From: Gemmatimonadota bacterium
Lineage (GTDB): Bacteria > Gemmatimonadota > Gemmatimonadetes > Palauibacterales > KS3-K002
Length of the DNA stretch: 64,000 nt
Direction: 5' to 3'
Assembly (NCBI GenBank): GCA_039586795.1
Contig: JBDHJS010000006.1
Location: 64,001 to 128,000, forward strand
Positions 29,194-41,145 of the stretch are shown in pieces (the first letter of the stretch is position 1; each line of letters begins with the position of its first letter). Made by a program: the position numbers and the translations under genes. The notes below the pieces were generated by a model, which worked only from the letters and a program-made list of their open reading frames with translations, was not told the DNA's origin and did no database searches.

Positions 29194-30795
29194 TTAGCGG
29201 AAAAGACCCCAGTAGAAGCGGCTGGCGATTTCCCAAGAGGAGCGTTCAGGGACGTAGCCGTTGCGGCCACTCACGACCTTCAGATAGCGGAGCTCGACCT
29301 CCATCGGCAGGCCCCGCCGTCGATCCCCCGACCAATCGGTCGTCTGGTACCGGGCGGCGAAACCCACGGAGCTGGAGTTCCACTCCGTGCCCAGTGCCAA
29401 ATCGGACGGCACGAGCGCGGCGCCAGGATCGATCGCTTCCGCCGCCGCGAAGGCGTCCAGCCCGTGCTTCTGGTAGCGGTACAGCCCGGCAAACGTGATC
29501 ACCCGGGTCAGATTGAAGCGCGGCGCCACCGCCAGCGTCAGCACGTCACCCGGATTCCACCGCACCAATGCCGTGTAGGCGCCCAGCTGGATCGGGGCGG
29601 CGGGCGTCGTAACCAGCCGCTCGATGTCAGCCTCCAGCTGGAGGTTGTAGCTGGCGTACAGCGACATCCAGAACCGGGAACCGTACGCGATGTCGAACGT
29701 GCCCCGGACCTCGATATCGGGCTGTCCCTGGCCCGTCCCCGGGTCGAAGATCCGGTTCGGCGCCGGCGGCGCACCGGTGGGGAAGCGGTACAGCGCGTCG
29801 AGCTTCAGGCGCATCGGCACCTTGGGCCTGGGATCGCGTGGCGTGGCCCGGAAGCTGTTCAGCGGCTGCAAGCTCAGGCCAAGCTCCATGTCGCCGAACT
29901 TGAGTCCGGTGTCCCGAGTCTCCGGCGCCTCGATCCCCCATTCCGGCCCCGACGTCATACCGACGGCCCTCGCGGTGTCGATCGGTGCCGCCAGGGCCAG
30001 GTCGGGGATGCTCAGGTCGAAGGAGTCGAAGCCGCTTTGCATCGAGACGTAGAGGTCAGAGAGTTCTTGCCCCGTCGATTCGATGTTCGTCGGGACGAAG
30101 GTCTCGCTGCTCAAATCGGTCAGACCCGCTTCCATCACCTGCGCCTGCGCCAGCAGCGCTTCGGCCCGCGCTTGGTCGACGGGGCCGAGCGTGTCCGCTG
30201 CGACGATCGCTTCCAAATCCGTGATCCCGGTATTCAGCCCCTGCAGGAACCCGGCGGCATCCCCTCCGAACGCGGTGATGGAATCTCCGGCGCTTCTATC
30301 GTTCAGCAACGTTCCGACAAAGCTCTTGCCCTTGACCAGCGGAACGACACCGAACACAGACAGCCAATCTGTGGCCCCGAAGCTCACGGATATCGGGACG
30401 CGGGTGTGCTCGATCAGGACGTCATAGCTGACGCGAGACAATAGACTGGGAGGCGGGGCCTCCAGTCCTAGGGCGGGGTAGAAGACGGCCAGTACCGAGT
30501 CGAGGCTCGAGAGACCCGGCTCCAGCTCTGAGTCGATGATGGCCCAGAAGGCCTCCGGAAACGTTTGTTTCTGCCCGTCCGGCGTGAATCGCGCCCTCGT
30601 CGACTGCGACCCGCCCTCGATCCCGATCTGAAACTCGCCGCCCAGTGGCTGCTGCGCGTCGATCCATTGGGCCTGTGCGGCCGAGGGGAGCAGCACCAGG
30701 GCGATCGACAGCGCCAGCCATCGATTCGCGCCCCAACTTCCCTCGTTCTGTCTTCTCGGTCCGCCTCTCACCGCAGTCTCTTTCCGTGCCGTCAT
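29194..30795 (-). CDS. Exported protein, probable outer membrane beta-barrel with helical insertion
   Basis: Signal peptide ending AAQA-QW; GLKFGDMELG, GTGQGQPD, amphipathic strands, C-terminal SWEIASRFYW. Confidence 0.7.
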   Translation of the reverse strand: MTARKETAVRGGPRRQNEGSWGANRWLALSIALVLLPSAAQAQWIDAQQPLGGEFQIGIEGGSQSTRARFTPDGQKQTFPEAFWAIIDSELEPGLSSLDSVLAVFYPALGLEAPPPSLLSRVSYDVLIEHTRVPISVSFGATDWLSVFGVVPLVKGKSFVGTLLNDRSAGDSITAFGGDAAGFLQGLNTGITDLEAIVAADTLGPVDQARAEALLAQAQVMEAGLTDLSSETFVPTNIESTGQELSDLYVSMQSGFDSFDLSIPDLALAAPIDTARAVGMTSGPEWGIEAPETRDTGLKFGDMELGLSLQPLNSFRATPRDPRPKVPMRLKLDALYRFPTGAPPAPNRIFDPGTGQGQPDIEVRGTFDIAYGSRFWMSLYASYNLQLEADIERLVTTPAAPIQLGAYTALVRWNPGDVLTLAVAPRFNLTRVITFAGLYRYQKHGLDAFAAAEAIDPGAALVPSDLALGTEWNSSSVGFAARYQTTDWSGDRRRGLPMEVELRYLKVVSGRNGYVPERSSWEIASRFYWGLFR

Positions 30796-30900
30796 GGGTA
30801 AGCGTCGGCTATATTTGTGTTGCCAACGGCAGGCGGCGGTAATATGAGCACCCGATCGCTTCACGGACAGGGAGCGGAGCCCCATCGGGAAGAAGAAAGT

Positions 30901-30928
30901 TTGACAGCCGCCCGGCGTCGCCTACCTT
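30901..30928 (+). promoter_or_regulatory. sigma70-type promoter of tRNA-Cys
   Basis: TTGACA-N16-TACCTT, 12 nt before the tRNA. Confidence 0.65.
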
Positions 30929-30940
30929 AGTCAGAAGTCC

Positions 30941-31014
30941 GGTGCCGTAGCCAAGTGGACTAAGGCGGGGGCCTGCAAAGCCCCTATTCGTGGGTTCGAA
31001 TCCCACCGGCACCT
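30941..31014 (+). tRNA. tRNA-Cys(GCA); CCA not encoded
   Basis: Acceptor stem GGTGCCG/CGGCACC, U discriminator, anticodon arm GGGGC-CTGCAAA-GCCCC, GGTTCGAATCC T-arm. Confidence 0.97.
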
Positions 31015-31250
31015 CTCCCGCCCGTGCCCTGCCGGAGAGGCCTATACGAGGAGCAAGGTGCGGATTCGCGGGCCGCTACGAAACTCGTCGGAGCTCTGAA
31101 TACGGATTTTTGTTTCAGAGGAAGGGAGGAGTGTCGTAACAGGTCGGCAACCCGTTGGCAGAATGTAACTTAGCACGCAGGACTTGCTCTAAGGGGAGTA
31201 ACGGGCCAATATTGTTAGTTGACCGACCCTCGTCCCACGTCCGTCACGGG

Positions 31251-31754
31251 ATGAAACGCTGTATCCCCCGTCTGCTCGAGTGTCATCGAGGTCTGACCTT
31301 GCTCGAGCTCGTCATGGTGCTGTTCGTCCTGTCTTTGATGTTGGCACTGAGTTTCCCGCTATTTACAAGCCTGGCGGGGCGATTCAAGGTAGGTAGCGCG
31401 CGAGATGTGTTCATCAACACCTACGCGCGCACGAGGGCGGCCGCCGTGCAGTTCGGCCGGGATGCCCGGCTGAGGATAGACGCCGGCAACGATCGGTTTT
31501 GGGTGGAGGTGGATACCGGAGTACCGCCGGCGCTGGCTACGGACACCCTCGGGCCGGTCGTGGATGTGGCTCGGGATTACGGCGGCGTAACGATGTTCTC
31601 GGCGAAGCAGAAACTCTGTTTCGATGCTCGAGGTTTGACTTACTCGGGTTCAGATGGGTGCGAAACGCACGACGCTGTTATAACTTTCTCCAGATTAAGT
31701 CGTACGGACACCGTTCAGTTGTCGTTGGGTGGCACCGTCGTCAGGCGTTTCTAG
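31251..31754 (+). CDS. FimT/GspH-like minor pilin
   Basis: Prepilin site RG|LTLLELVMVL; R..AV, FDARG motif. Confidence 0.85.
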   Translation: MKRCIPRLLECHRGLTLLELVMVLFVLSLMLALSFPLFTSLAGRFKVGSARDVFINTYARTRAAAVQFGRDARLRIDAGNDRFWVEVDTGVPPALATDTLGPVVDVARDYGGVTMFSAKQKLCFDARGLTYSGSDGCETHDAVITFSRLSRTDTVQLSLGGTVVRRF

Positions 31755-31763
31755 AGGGCCTGA

Positions 31764-32114
31764 ATGAAGAAACTGGACAACCGATCCGGATTCACGATTA
31801 CCGAGCTGCTCATCTCGGTGGTCATCATCGCCATCGGCGTGGTGGGGTTTGCCACAGCGGTGGGGGTGCAGAGCATGGAGCTCCAGATCGGCCGCCGCGA
31901 CACCAACCTCTCCATGTCCATCACTCGGAAGGTAGAGGAGTTGAAGTCTGTGCCGTACGATTCGCTGCAGACAGGCTCCGAGGTCGACGGCGACTACTCG
32001 CTCGCCTGGACCGTCCAGGCCGGCAATCCCAAGCGCGTGGTACTCGAGGCGCAGTTCGAATCCACCCAGGGTAACACGCTAGCCGACACGGTCGTCTTTT
32101 ACGTCCCAAAATGA
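31764..32114 (+). CDS. PilV-like minor pilin
   Basis: SG|FTITELLISVVIIAIG; KVEELK..PY. Confidence 0.85.
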   Translation: MKKLDNRSGFTITELLISVVIIAIGVVGFATAVGVQSMELQIGRRDTNLSMSITRKVEELKSVPYDSLQTGSEVDGDYSLAWTVQAGNPKRVVLEAQFESTQGNTLADTVVFYVPK

Positions 32115-32935
32115 AGCGCCAGATCCCGCTGAGATCGCGGGGATTCACTATCGTCGAGGTCCTGGTCGCCATGACCCTGACCGGGATTGTCGTCGCCGGT
32201 ACGCTCCGTGCACTCACCGCCCAGAAGAGATTCTACGCCCGCCAGGCTCGCATCCTGGATGCTCGTCATGCCATGCGGGCCTCGGCGACGATACTGGCGT
32301 CCGAGTTCCGGGATGCCAGCGCCGTGGGCGGCGACTTGTACAGCATCGACTCGGACAGCGTCGGACTCCGCTCCACCGTCGGCTTTGCGGTCGTATGTGG
32401 GATCGACATCGGTACCGGCCGTTTGTCGCTCAAGCATGCTTCGGGGCACTTCAGGACGGCCAACGCGGACAGCGTCCTGGTGTACGTCGAGAATTCCCAA
32501 AGCGACTCCGACGATACCTGGCTAGCGGCGCCCGTTGTTTCCATCTCGACCTCTGGGCCGGCTTGCGCCGACGCGTCCACCGCCGACCGACATATCTATG
32601 TTACTGGGTCGCTGGCCGGCGTTTGGGTTGGCGCCCCGCTTCGGCTGTTCCACCCCTACGTATACGCGCTGTTCGAGATGGACGGTCGCTGGTGGCTGGG
32701 CCGCCGCAATCGGGGCGATGGGCCGGATTACGTTCCTGTCGCCGGACCGCTGGCGCCACCGGGCGATGACGGGCTTGAGCTCGCCTATTACGACTACCAG
32801 ACGCGCCTCGTCACGACGGACCGAACCAGGGTGGGTCGCGTCGAGATCTCCGTCCGCGCGCCCACGAACCGCACGCTGAGCGATCCCGCCTATCGCGATC
32901 TCAGCACCGCGACTTTCTTGCGGAACAATCGCTGA
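32111..32935 (+). CDS. PilW-like minor pilin
   Basis: RG|FTIVEVLVAM; EFR.A; GLELAYYD; C-terminal LRN. Confidence 0.85.
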   Translation: MKRQIPLRSRGFTIVEVLVAMTLTGIVVAGTLRALTAQKRFYARQARILDARHAMRASATILASEFRDASAVGGDLYSIDSDSVGLRSTVGFAVVCGIDIGTGRLSLKHASGHFRTANADSVLVYVENSQSDSDDTWLAAPVVSISTSGPACADASTADRHIYVTGSLAGVWVGAPLRLFHPYVYALFEMDGRWWLGRRNRGDGPDYVPVAGPLAPPGDDGLELAYYDYQTRLVTTDRTRVGRVEISVRAPTNRTLSDPAYRDLSTATFLRNNR

Positions 32936-32946
32936 GGAACTCGAGC

Positions 32947-34110
32947 ATGGTGCGGATCCCGAATCGACTGAAGGATAAGGGCGGTTTTGCCCTCGCCATG
33001 GCGATCTTCGCGCTGGTCCTTTTGGCCGCCGTCGTGGCCGGCGGTTACTTCTCAGCCTCCCAAGAATTCCATATCGGTCGCGGCATGCGGAGCCTCACCA
33101 CCAGCATCTACGCCGGAGAGGGCGGAATCCTCGAGGCCATCGACGATTGGGATGGAGAAGCGACCTTCGCGCTGGCGCCGGGTGACACGCTCACCATCGG
33201 CCCGGTCACTTTCGAGGGTGGCGGTAGCTACATCACCAACATCATCCGCGTGGGCAGCGCCGCCGACTCGGTCAAGCGTTACTTCTATATCGAGGCGATA
33301 GGCCGGCCGCCGTTGCCCAGCATGGGCGAACGTCGTCAGGCCATGGTTGTCCGGGCCGGCAACCCGAAGTTCTGCTGCGATGGCGCCATACGGGTGAGCA
33401 ATACCCTGGCTTTCGCGGGCGGGGGGGAGCCGCGAATCTATGGCAATGACAACAAGATCACGGCGTGGGGAACGATCTGTGATGCCTACTCCTTCTCGGA
33501 TACAACAGGAGTCGTCATCAACGACTCTCTGCTGATTAACAACACGTCACTCATCGACGGCGTACCGCCGATTTCGGAAGACTACCCAGCACTGCCTGAG
33601 AACCAGATCGCCTTCCCGGGCTATACCTGGGATGATCTGGTTGCTCTCGCGGACCACCACTACTCGAGCGGCGATCACAGTGTGAACGGCTCGTCTATGT
33701 CGCTGGACGTGAATGGCGACTGCGATCGCAGCGACCCCCAAAATTTCGGCGCCCCGCACAGTCCAAGTCACCCGTGCTTCAATTACTTCCCCATCATTCA
33801 CGTGGGGAACAACGGCAGCGGTCGCCTGACACTGGGGAACGGTGTCGCCCAGGGCATCTTCCTGATAGAGAACGATCTTACTCTGGTCGGTCCGATCGAC
33901 TTCTATGGGATTGCCCTGGTCCGCGATGACATCACGATGCAGGGACCCAGCACGTTCTATGGGTACGCCTGGGCGGCGGATGACGCTAACCTCACCGGCT
34001 CTACACCACGCTTGTACCTGAGCCGCTGCGCCGTCGAGCGGGCGATCGGCCTCTCGAACCTGGCGCGCCCCAAACCGGTCGACCAGCGGGCCTGGGCAGA
34101 ACTGTTTTAG
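32947..34110 (+). CDS. PilX-like minor pilin, copy 1
   Basis: GG|FALAMAIFAL without Glu5, YAGEGG, terminal RAWAELF. Confidence 0.8.
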   Translation: MVRIPNRLKDKGGFALAMAIFALVLLAAVVAGGYFSASQEFHIGRGMRSLTTSIYAGEGGILEAIDDWDGEATFALAPGDTLTIGPVTFEGGGSYITNIIRVGSAADSVKRYFYIEAIGRPPLPSMGERRQAMVVRAGNPKFCCDGAIRVSNTLAFAGGGEPRIYGNDNKITAWGTICDAYSFSDTTGVVINDSLLINNTSLIDGVPPISEDYPALPENQIAFPGYTWDDLVALADHHYSSGDHSVNGSSMSLDVNGDCDRSDPQNFGAPHSPSHPCFNYFPIIHVGNNGSGRLTLGNGVAQGIFLIENDLTLVGPIDFYGIALVRDDITMQGPSTFYGYAWAADDANLTGSTPRLYLSRCAVERAIGLSNLARPKPVDQRAWAELF

Positions 34111-34186
34111 AGCTTGGATACTCCCTGCTACCGCAGCCTTGACACCGACGCTAAAATAGAAGGCACTCCCAAAGGCGAATCGGTGC

Positions 34187-35335
34187 ATGGCTGGCTTTCC
34201 CGCACGGCTCAAAGATACGAACGGCTTCGCTCTGGCGATCGCGGTCTTCGCGCTCGTCTTATTGGCGGCGATCGTGGCGGCTGGGTACTTCTCCGCTACC
34301 CAGGAAACCCAGATCGGCCGCGGCATGCGAAGCCTGACCACCAGCATCTACGCGGGCGAAGCGGGTATCTACGAAGTTCTGCAGAATTGGGACGCCACTG
34401 TCTATGTCGACCTCCAACCCGGTGACTCCCAAACCGTCGGCCCCGTCGACCTCGAGGGCGGTGGCGGATACCAGGCCAACGTCATCCGGGTAGGCCAGGC
34501 GGCTGATTCCGTAAAACGCTACTTCTACGTCGAAGCGGTCGGCAACACGCCGCTCCCCACCCTCGGCGCTCGCCGCCAGGCGATGGTGGTGCGGGCCAGC
34601 TACCCCAACATCTGCTGCGACGCGGCGCTCAAGGTGAATGGAGACGACCTCGACTTCGCTGTCTCAGGCTTCGACCAGAAGATCGACGGTCACGATTACA
34701 GGCCCTCGGCTTGGGGCGCCATCTGTGATGCGTTCCCGATAACCGACACGACCGGCGTGATCATCCCGGACACCATGAGGATCAACCGCCGCGAGCTGAT
34801 CGATGGGGTGCCGCCCATCGTTCAGGACCCCAGCTTGGTGGAGGGGCAGATCTTCTTCGATGGCTACACCTGGGCCGACCTGGCTGCGCTGGCCGACCAT
34901 AGCTTCACCGGCAACAAGACGTTCGTTGGATCCAGCAAATCGGTGGTGAACGGCGAATGCGATAGGGAAGACCCGAACAATCTCGGCGCCCCTGACGACC
35001 CTGGCCACGCGTGCTTCAACTACTTCCCGATCATCCATGTCGGGAACAGCCTCGTCTTCAGCATCGGGGCGGTGCAGGGGATCTTCCTCGTCGAGGGCGA
35101 TGTCTCCGTCATCGGTCCGGTCACCGTCTACGGGATCATCCTCCTCAAGGACGACCTCTTCGTGTCCCTGCCGGCAACGGTTTACGGGTACGGTTGGGTG
35201 GGCGACGATGCGAACTTCGCCGGCTTCCGCCCCGATTGGTTTCTCAGCACCTGCGCCGCCAAGCGCGCCGTACTTTACTCCAACATCACACGCCCGGTCC
35301 CCGTCGCCCAGCGAGCGTGGACGGAGCTCTTCTAG
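34187..35335 (+). CDS. PilX-like minor pilin, copy 2 (tandem paralog)
   Basis: NG|FALAIAVFAL, YAGEAG, terminal RAWTELF; colinear with copy 1. Confidence 0.8.
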   Translation: MAGFPARLKDTNGFALAIAVFALVLLAAIVAAGYFSATQETQIGRGMRSLTTSIYAGEAGIYEVLQNWDATVYVDLQPGDSQTVGPVDLEGGGGYQANVIRVGQAADSVKRYFYVEAVGNTPLPTLGARRQAMVVRASYPNICCDAALKVNGDDLDFAVSGFDQKIDGHDYRPSAWGAICDAFPITDTTGVIIPDTMRINRRELIDGVPPIVQDPSLVEGQIFFDGYTWADLAALADHSFTGNKTFVGSSKSVVNGECDREDPNNLGAPDDPGHACFNYFPIIHVGNSLVFSIGAVQGIFLVEGDVSVIGPVTVYGIILLKDDLFVSLPATVYGYGWVGDDANFAGFRPDWFLSTCAAKRAVLYSNITRPVPVAQRAWTELF

Positions 35336-35350
35336 GCCAGCCCGCTAGCT

Positions 35351-35899
35351 TCAGACCTCCAGACTCATCGACAACGCCCGACATATCTGGTCCGGCAGGT
35401 CATTCCGATTGTCCTCGGCCACTTCGATGATCTTTACGCTCGAGTGCCGTTTCAGTGAGTCCAGCCTCGCATGACGCCCCGCCATGATTGTCCCCAGTAT
35501 CGCTGCCCGCGACGCGGCGATCAGCGGTACCAGCAGGGCAGAGAACCGCTCGCTGAACAGCTCCATCTTGCCGATCTCGTCCACGACGAGCACCGGCGCC
35601 CCCTCCCTCAGACCTTCCTCCAGCGCCCCAACCCCCAACTCCTCGAAAGAAGCCACGTCCACCCCATACCGTCCCACCCGCGGCCCCTCAGCTCCCACAC
35701 GCGCCAACCGGCCGCGCTCCCCACCCAGCGTCACCACATCGAACCCCACACGCCGCCCCCTGTCGCGAACCTCCTCCGTATAGAAGCCCGCACACCGCTC
35801 AACCCCGACCAGTTCCACCGCCCGCTTCACCACCGTCGTCTTCCCACACCCCGGCCGACCGGTCAACAAAATCCTCGGCTTCGATTGACCCGTGTCCAC
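35351..35899 (-). CDS. Nucleoside triphosphatase (THEP1/NTPase_1 family)
   Basis: LTGRPGCGKTT, GFYTEEVR, RVGFD, VGRYGV, VDEIGKMEL, NR. Confidence 0.92.
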   Translation of the reverse strand: MDTGQSKPRILLTGRPGCGKTTVVKRAVELVGVERCAGFYTEEVRDRGRRVGFDVVTLGGERGRLARVGAEGPRVGRYGVDVASFEELGVGALEEGLREGAPVLVVDEIGKMELFSERFSALLVPLIAASRAAILGTIMAGRHARLDSLKRHSSVKIIEVAEDNRNDLPDQICRALSMSLEV

Positions 35900-35964
35900 T
35901 CAAGCCCCCTAATCCCAACCCAAGATTCCACTCCCCGACCCTCTCAAGCCCCGAATCCCAGAAT

Positions 35965-36004
35965 AACAAATAAACGAGCATCCCGGGCCCACGGGATGCT
36001 CGTT
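35965..36004 (-). terminator. Strong intrinsic terminator on the minus strand
   Basis: Perfect 13-bp stem AACGAGCATCCCG/CGGGATGCTCGTT running into TTTATTTGTT on the minus strand. Confidence 0.85.
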
Positions 36005-36167
36005 AGGGTGAGAATGTGCGTCTTGTAGGCGTCTTCCAGCGTGGAGCCGCTGCAGATTCTGGACGGAACGGAAGAAACTGCCTCAAAAAAAGAACGGAGC
36101 CTCTGAGTCGCCCTCCCCCGCCGTTTTCCCTGTCCGGCTAAGACGCTCGAGACTCCGCTCTTCACCC
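35965..36167 (-). ncRNA. Candidate sigma54-dependent structured RNA or attenuator leader (about 200 nt)
   Basis: Promoter, G-U-containing 14-bp stem, 5'/3' closing stem and terminator all agree on the minus strand. Confidence 0.55.
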
Positions 36168-36177
36168 GTTGCATTTC

Positions 36178-36193
36178 GCAAGGGGCGTTCCCA
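36178..36193 (-). promoter_or_regulatory. sigma54 -24/-12 promoter
   Basis: TGGGAACGCCCCTTGC (GG-N10-GC with TTGC); IHF-like/palindromic TAAGTGATTATATCAC at 36211-36226. Confidence 0.65.
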
Positions 36194-36533
36194 AAAGGGG
36201 CCAAACAACGTAAGTGATTATATCACAACAGCTTGGGCGAAAAGCGAGGTCGCGCTCCCGCTCCCAATATCGGATACTTTTTGCACATTGCCGGCAATCT
36301 TTACCATCTTCACCCGTCGATGGAGCCAAGTGCTTCGCCCTCACGGAGTTAGTCCGCTTCGCCACCCGCCCGAAAACCGCATGGCCGCGCCGCTCTCACG
36401 GAAACCTACCCCGACAAGCTGATGTTAGTAACTTATACGGACTCGTTATCGAAAGCCGGTAGCAATGCAAATGTTTGCCTTGAACAGTGTTGAGTCGTAG
36501 CGCTTTCAGGGCTCACGAGGAGGCGAATGCACC

Positions 36534-37003
36534 GTGAATAAGAAGCTCTCGCTGGCCATCGGGGTCTTGGTGGTTGTAGTGATCTTCGGATACTTCGCGT
36601 TCGGTGGTCTCGGCCGCAGCCTGGTCTACTTCTGGACGCCCTCGGAGCTCCTGGCCGAGGGGGATGCCGCGTACGGCACGTCTGTGAGGTTGGGCGGCAT
36701 GGTCGAGCCGGGGAGCGTACGCTGGAATCCGGAGACCCAGGATCTGCGATTTCGACTCGTGGATGACGGCGCCATCGTCGAGGTACAGAGCGCCGGTGTA
36801 CCGCCGCAGATGTTCCTGGAGGCTGCCGAGCATCAGCAGGCGATCGGCGCGGTGGTCGAGGGTTCACTGACGCGTGAGGGCGTCTTCCGGGCCACCAATC
36901 TGATGGTCAAGCATTCCGAGGAGTATCGAGCTCCCCAGCACGAGGGGGACCGGACGGAGTACTACCGGGATCTGTTCGAAGAGCAGGGTGCGGAGACCGG
37001 ATC

Positions 37004-37007
<4 letters not shown>
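36534..37007 (+). CDS. ccmE: Cytochrome c maturation heme chaperone CcmE
   Basis: LVYFWTPSE, VRLGGMVEPGS, heme-binding KHSEEY (HxxxY). Confidence 0.95.
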
Positions 37008-39024
<2,017 letters not shown>

Positions 39025-39025
<1 letters not shown>

Positions 39026-39660
39026 TGCTGAAAAAGATGATGATTCCAGCGGCCGTCACGATTCCGATCATCGCGCTGCTCTACTACGGTATGCAGCGCG
39101 ATGTGCGAAATGTTGAGTCGCCGTTGCCGGGACGCGCCGCGTTCGACTTCACAGCGGCCACGCTGGATGGAGACACGCTGAGCCTGTCCGATCTGGAGGG
39201 CAAGGTTGTCGTGCTCAACTTCTGGGCCTCCTGGTGCGTCGCCTGTATCGACGAGCACAGGGTCTTTGTAGAGGCCGAGCGGTATTACGCCGACCAGGAC
39301 TTTCAGATGCTGGGCGTCGTCTACCAGGACGGCCCCGCGAACGCGCAGCGCTGGATGCGTCAGCGCGGCGGCAACTGGCCCAGCTTGATCGACCAAAACT
39401 CGCGCATCGCCATCGACTACGGCGTCTATGGTGTTCCCGAAACGTATTTCATCTCCAAAGATGGGCGTATCGCCTACAAACAGATCGGCCCGGTCAGCGG
39501 TCCCATGATGCAGATGTGGGTCGATCGCCTGCTCAATGAACTGCCGGGTTCCGAAGTGACGGCGACCGATGTCGAGGTCCCGGAGGGCCGCAGCGAGGGC
39601 CACGTGAGCGAGGTCCCGGCGTCAGCCGCGGATCAGCAGAGTGGGGGGGACCAGCCTTGA
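39025..39660 (+). CDS. ccmG: Thiol:disulfide oxidoreductase CcmG/TlpA
   Basis: LNFWASWCVAC, YGVYGVPETY; TGATG coupling with ccmF. Confidence 0.88.
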
Positions 39661-40139
39661 GCGTACGTCGATTCGCGATGCTGATCGTCATCGGGCTGGC
39701 GGTCGGACTCCTCAACGGACCACAACTCCCGGCGCAGCAGCAGGGTGCCACGGCCCAGGCCGAGCAGGTGGAGTACGACGCCGAGTTGGAAGCGCAGGTG
39801 AGAGAGCTCGCCGCCAAGTTGCGCTGTCCGACCTGCCGTGCATTGTCGGTTCAGGATTCACCTTCCGGTATGGCGCAGGAGATGCGCGACCTGATTCGTG
39901 AGCAACTCGTTTCGGGCAAGACGCCCGATGAGGTCACAGCCTATTTCGTCGACCGATACGGCGAGTGGATCTTGCTGAAACCGAAGGCCTCCGGGTTCAA
40001 CTGGACGGTCTGGCTGCTGCCCATTCTCATGCTGGCCGGCGGCCTGTTCTTCGTCTTCCTCACCGCCCGGCGTTGGGTAGAAGCTGGTAAAGCTCAGACA
40101 GAAGCACTTGGCGAGGACGTTGACGCTGGAGAGATCTAG
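39657..40139 (+). CDS. ccmH: Cytochrome c biogenesis protein CcmH
   Basis: LRCPTC..LSVQDS, YFVDRYGEWILLKP, WLLP. Confidence 0.93.
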   Translation: MSVRRFAMLIVIGLAVGLLNGPQLPAQQQGATAQAEQVEYDAELEAQVRELAAKLRCPTCRALSVQDSPSGMAQEMRDLIREQLVSGKTPDEVTAYFVDRYGEWILLKPKASGFNWTVWLLPILMLAGGLFFVFLTARRWVEAGKAQTEALGEDVDAGEI

Positions 40140-40142
40140 ATA

Positions 40143-41105
40143 ATGGGAATGACGGAGTTCCTCCTGGTCGTCGCCGTCGGCGGCGGTATCATAGCCGTCC
40201 TCTTCGCCACCTTCCGTGGCGCCGCGGGCGACCCCGAAACGGAAACCTCTGAAGCCGCAGCCGAACACGTCGACGGAGACGAGGCTCTGGTAGGGCTTGC
40301 CGAGCAACGGGAGGCCGTGCTTCGCTCGATGGAGGAGATCGAGGCGGACTTCGAGGCCGGCAACCTGTCGGAAGAAGATTTTCGCTCGCTCCACGCCAGG
40401 TACCAGAAGCAAGCGGCGGCTCTCGGCCAGCGGATGGGTTCGGCCAGCGCGGGAGAACCTGCCTCAGGAGCACCGGCGGCCGCGTCTGCGGCTCAGGGCT
40501 CGTGGGTGACGTCGGCGATCGGATGGGCCGCTGGCGGCGTCGCCTTCGCCGCCCTCGCCTGGCTGGTCATGTCACAGGCTCTCAGCCCCCGCGGACCGGA
40601 TGGAGTGATGACCGGGTCGATTCCGGGTCAGGGGATGGGTGGGAGCGCGACGGGAACGACGCCGATCGCCGACGTGGACATGAGTCAGCTTGCCGCCCTC
40701 GAAGGTGTCGTGGCCAGCGATTCGACCAACGTCGAAGCGCTCGTCGAGGTTGGCCATCTCTATCTAACACTCCAGCGCTACGGGGAAACGACCCAGGTGA
40801 CCATGAAGGCGCTTGAGCTCGACCCCGATAATCCCGAGGCGCTGACACACCTCGGAATGATCTTGATGTCGGTCGAGCACGTCGCCGATGCGATAGGCGC
40901 TTTCGATCGTGCCCTCGCCATCGATCCAACGTTCGGCGAGGCGCTTCAGTTCAAAGGGATGGTTTCGTTCGTCAATCAGGACTTCGCTGGCGCCGTCGAG
41001 GCGTGGGAGCGCTACATCGAAGTCGTCCCCGAAGGCGAACAGTCGCCGCGAGTCAAGGCGATGCTCGGCATGGCGCGGGCAAGCGCCGCCGAGCAAGGTC
41101 AATAA
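40143..41105 (+). CDS. CcmI/CycH-like TPR membrane protein
   Basis: TM, EIEADFEAGNLSEEDF motif, second TM, TPR repeats (ALELDPDNPEAL, ALAIDP). Confidence 0.75.
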   Translation: MGMTEFLLVVAVGGGIIAVLFATFRGAAGDPETETSEAAAEHVDGDEALVGLAEQREAVLRSMEEIEADFEAGNLSEEDFRSLHARYQKQAAALGQRMGSASAGEPASGAPAAASAAQGSWVTSAIGWAAGGVAFAALAWLVMSQALSPRGPDGVMTGSIPGQGMGGSATGTTPIADVDMSQLAALEGVVASDSTNVEALVEVGHLYLTLQRYGETTQVTMKALELDPDNPEALTHLGMILMSVEHVADAIGAFDRALAIDPTFGEALQFKGMVSFVNQDFAGAVEAWERYIEVVPEGEQSPRVKAMLGMARASAAEQGQ

Positions 41106-41145
41106 TTCGCATCACGGTTAGCTTGCGACGTGAGGAGGGGAAGGG

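Noticed and set aside
31140..31200. sigma54 promoter for the pilin cluster
   Set aside because: CGGCAACCCGTTGGC has GG-N10-GC spacing but poor -24 and -12 consensus; not supportable
30941..35335. Genomic island integrated at tRNA-Cys
   Set aside because: No integrase and no duplicated tRNA 3' end noticed
35944..36204. 86-aa minus-strand ORF
   Set aside because: Starts upstream of the sigma54-like promoter, runs through the terminator, and lacks an RBS or motifs
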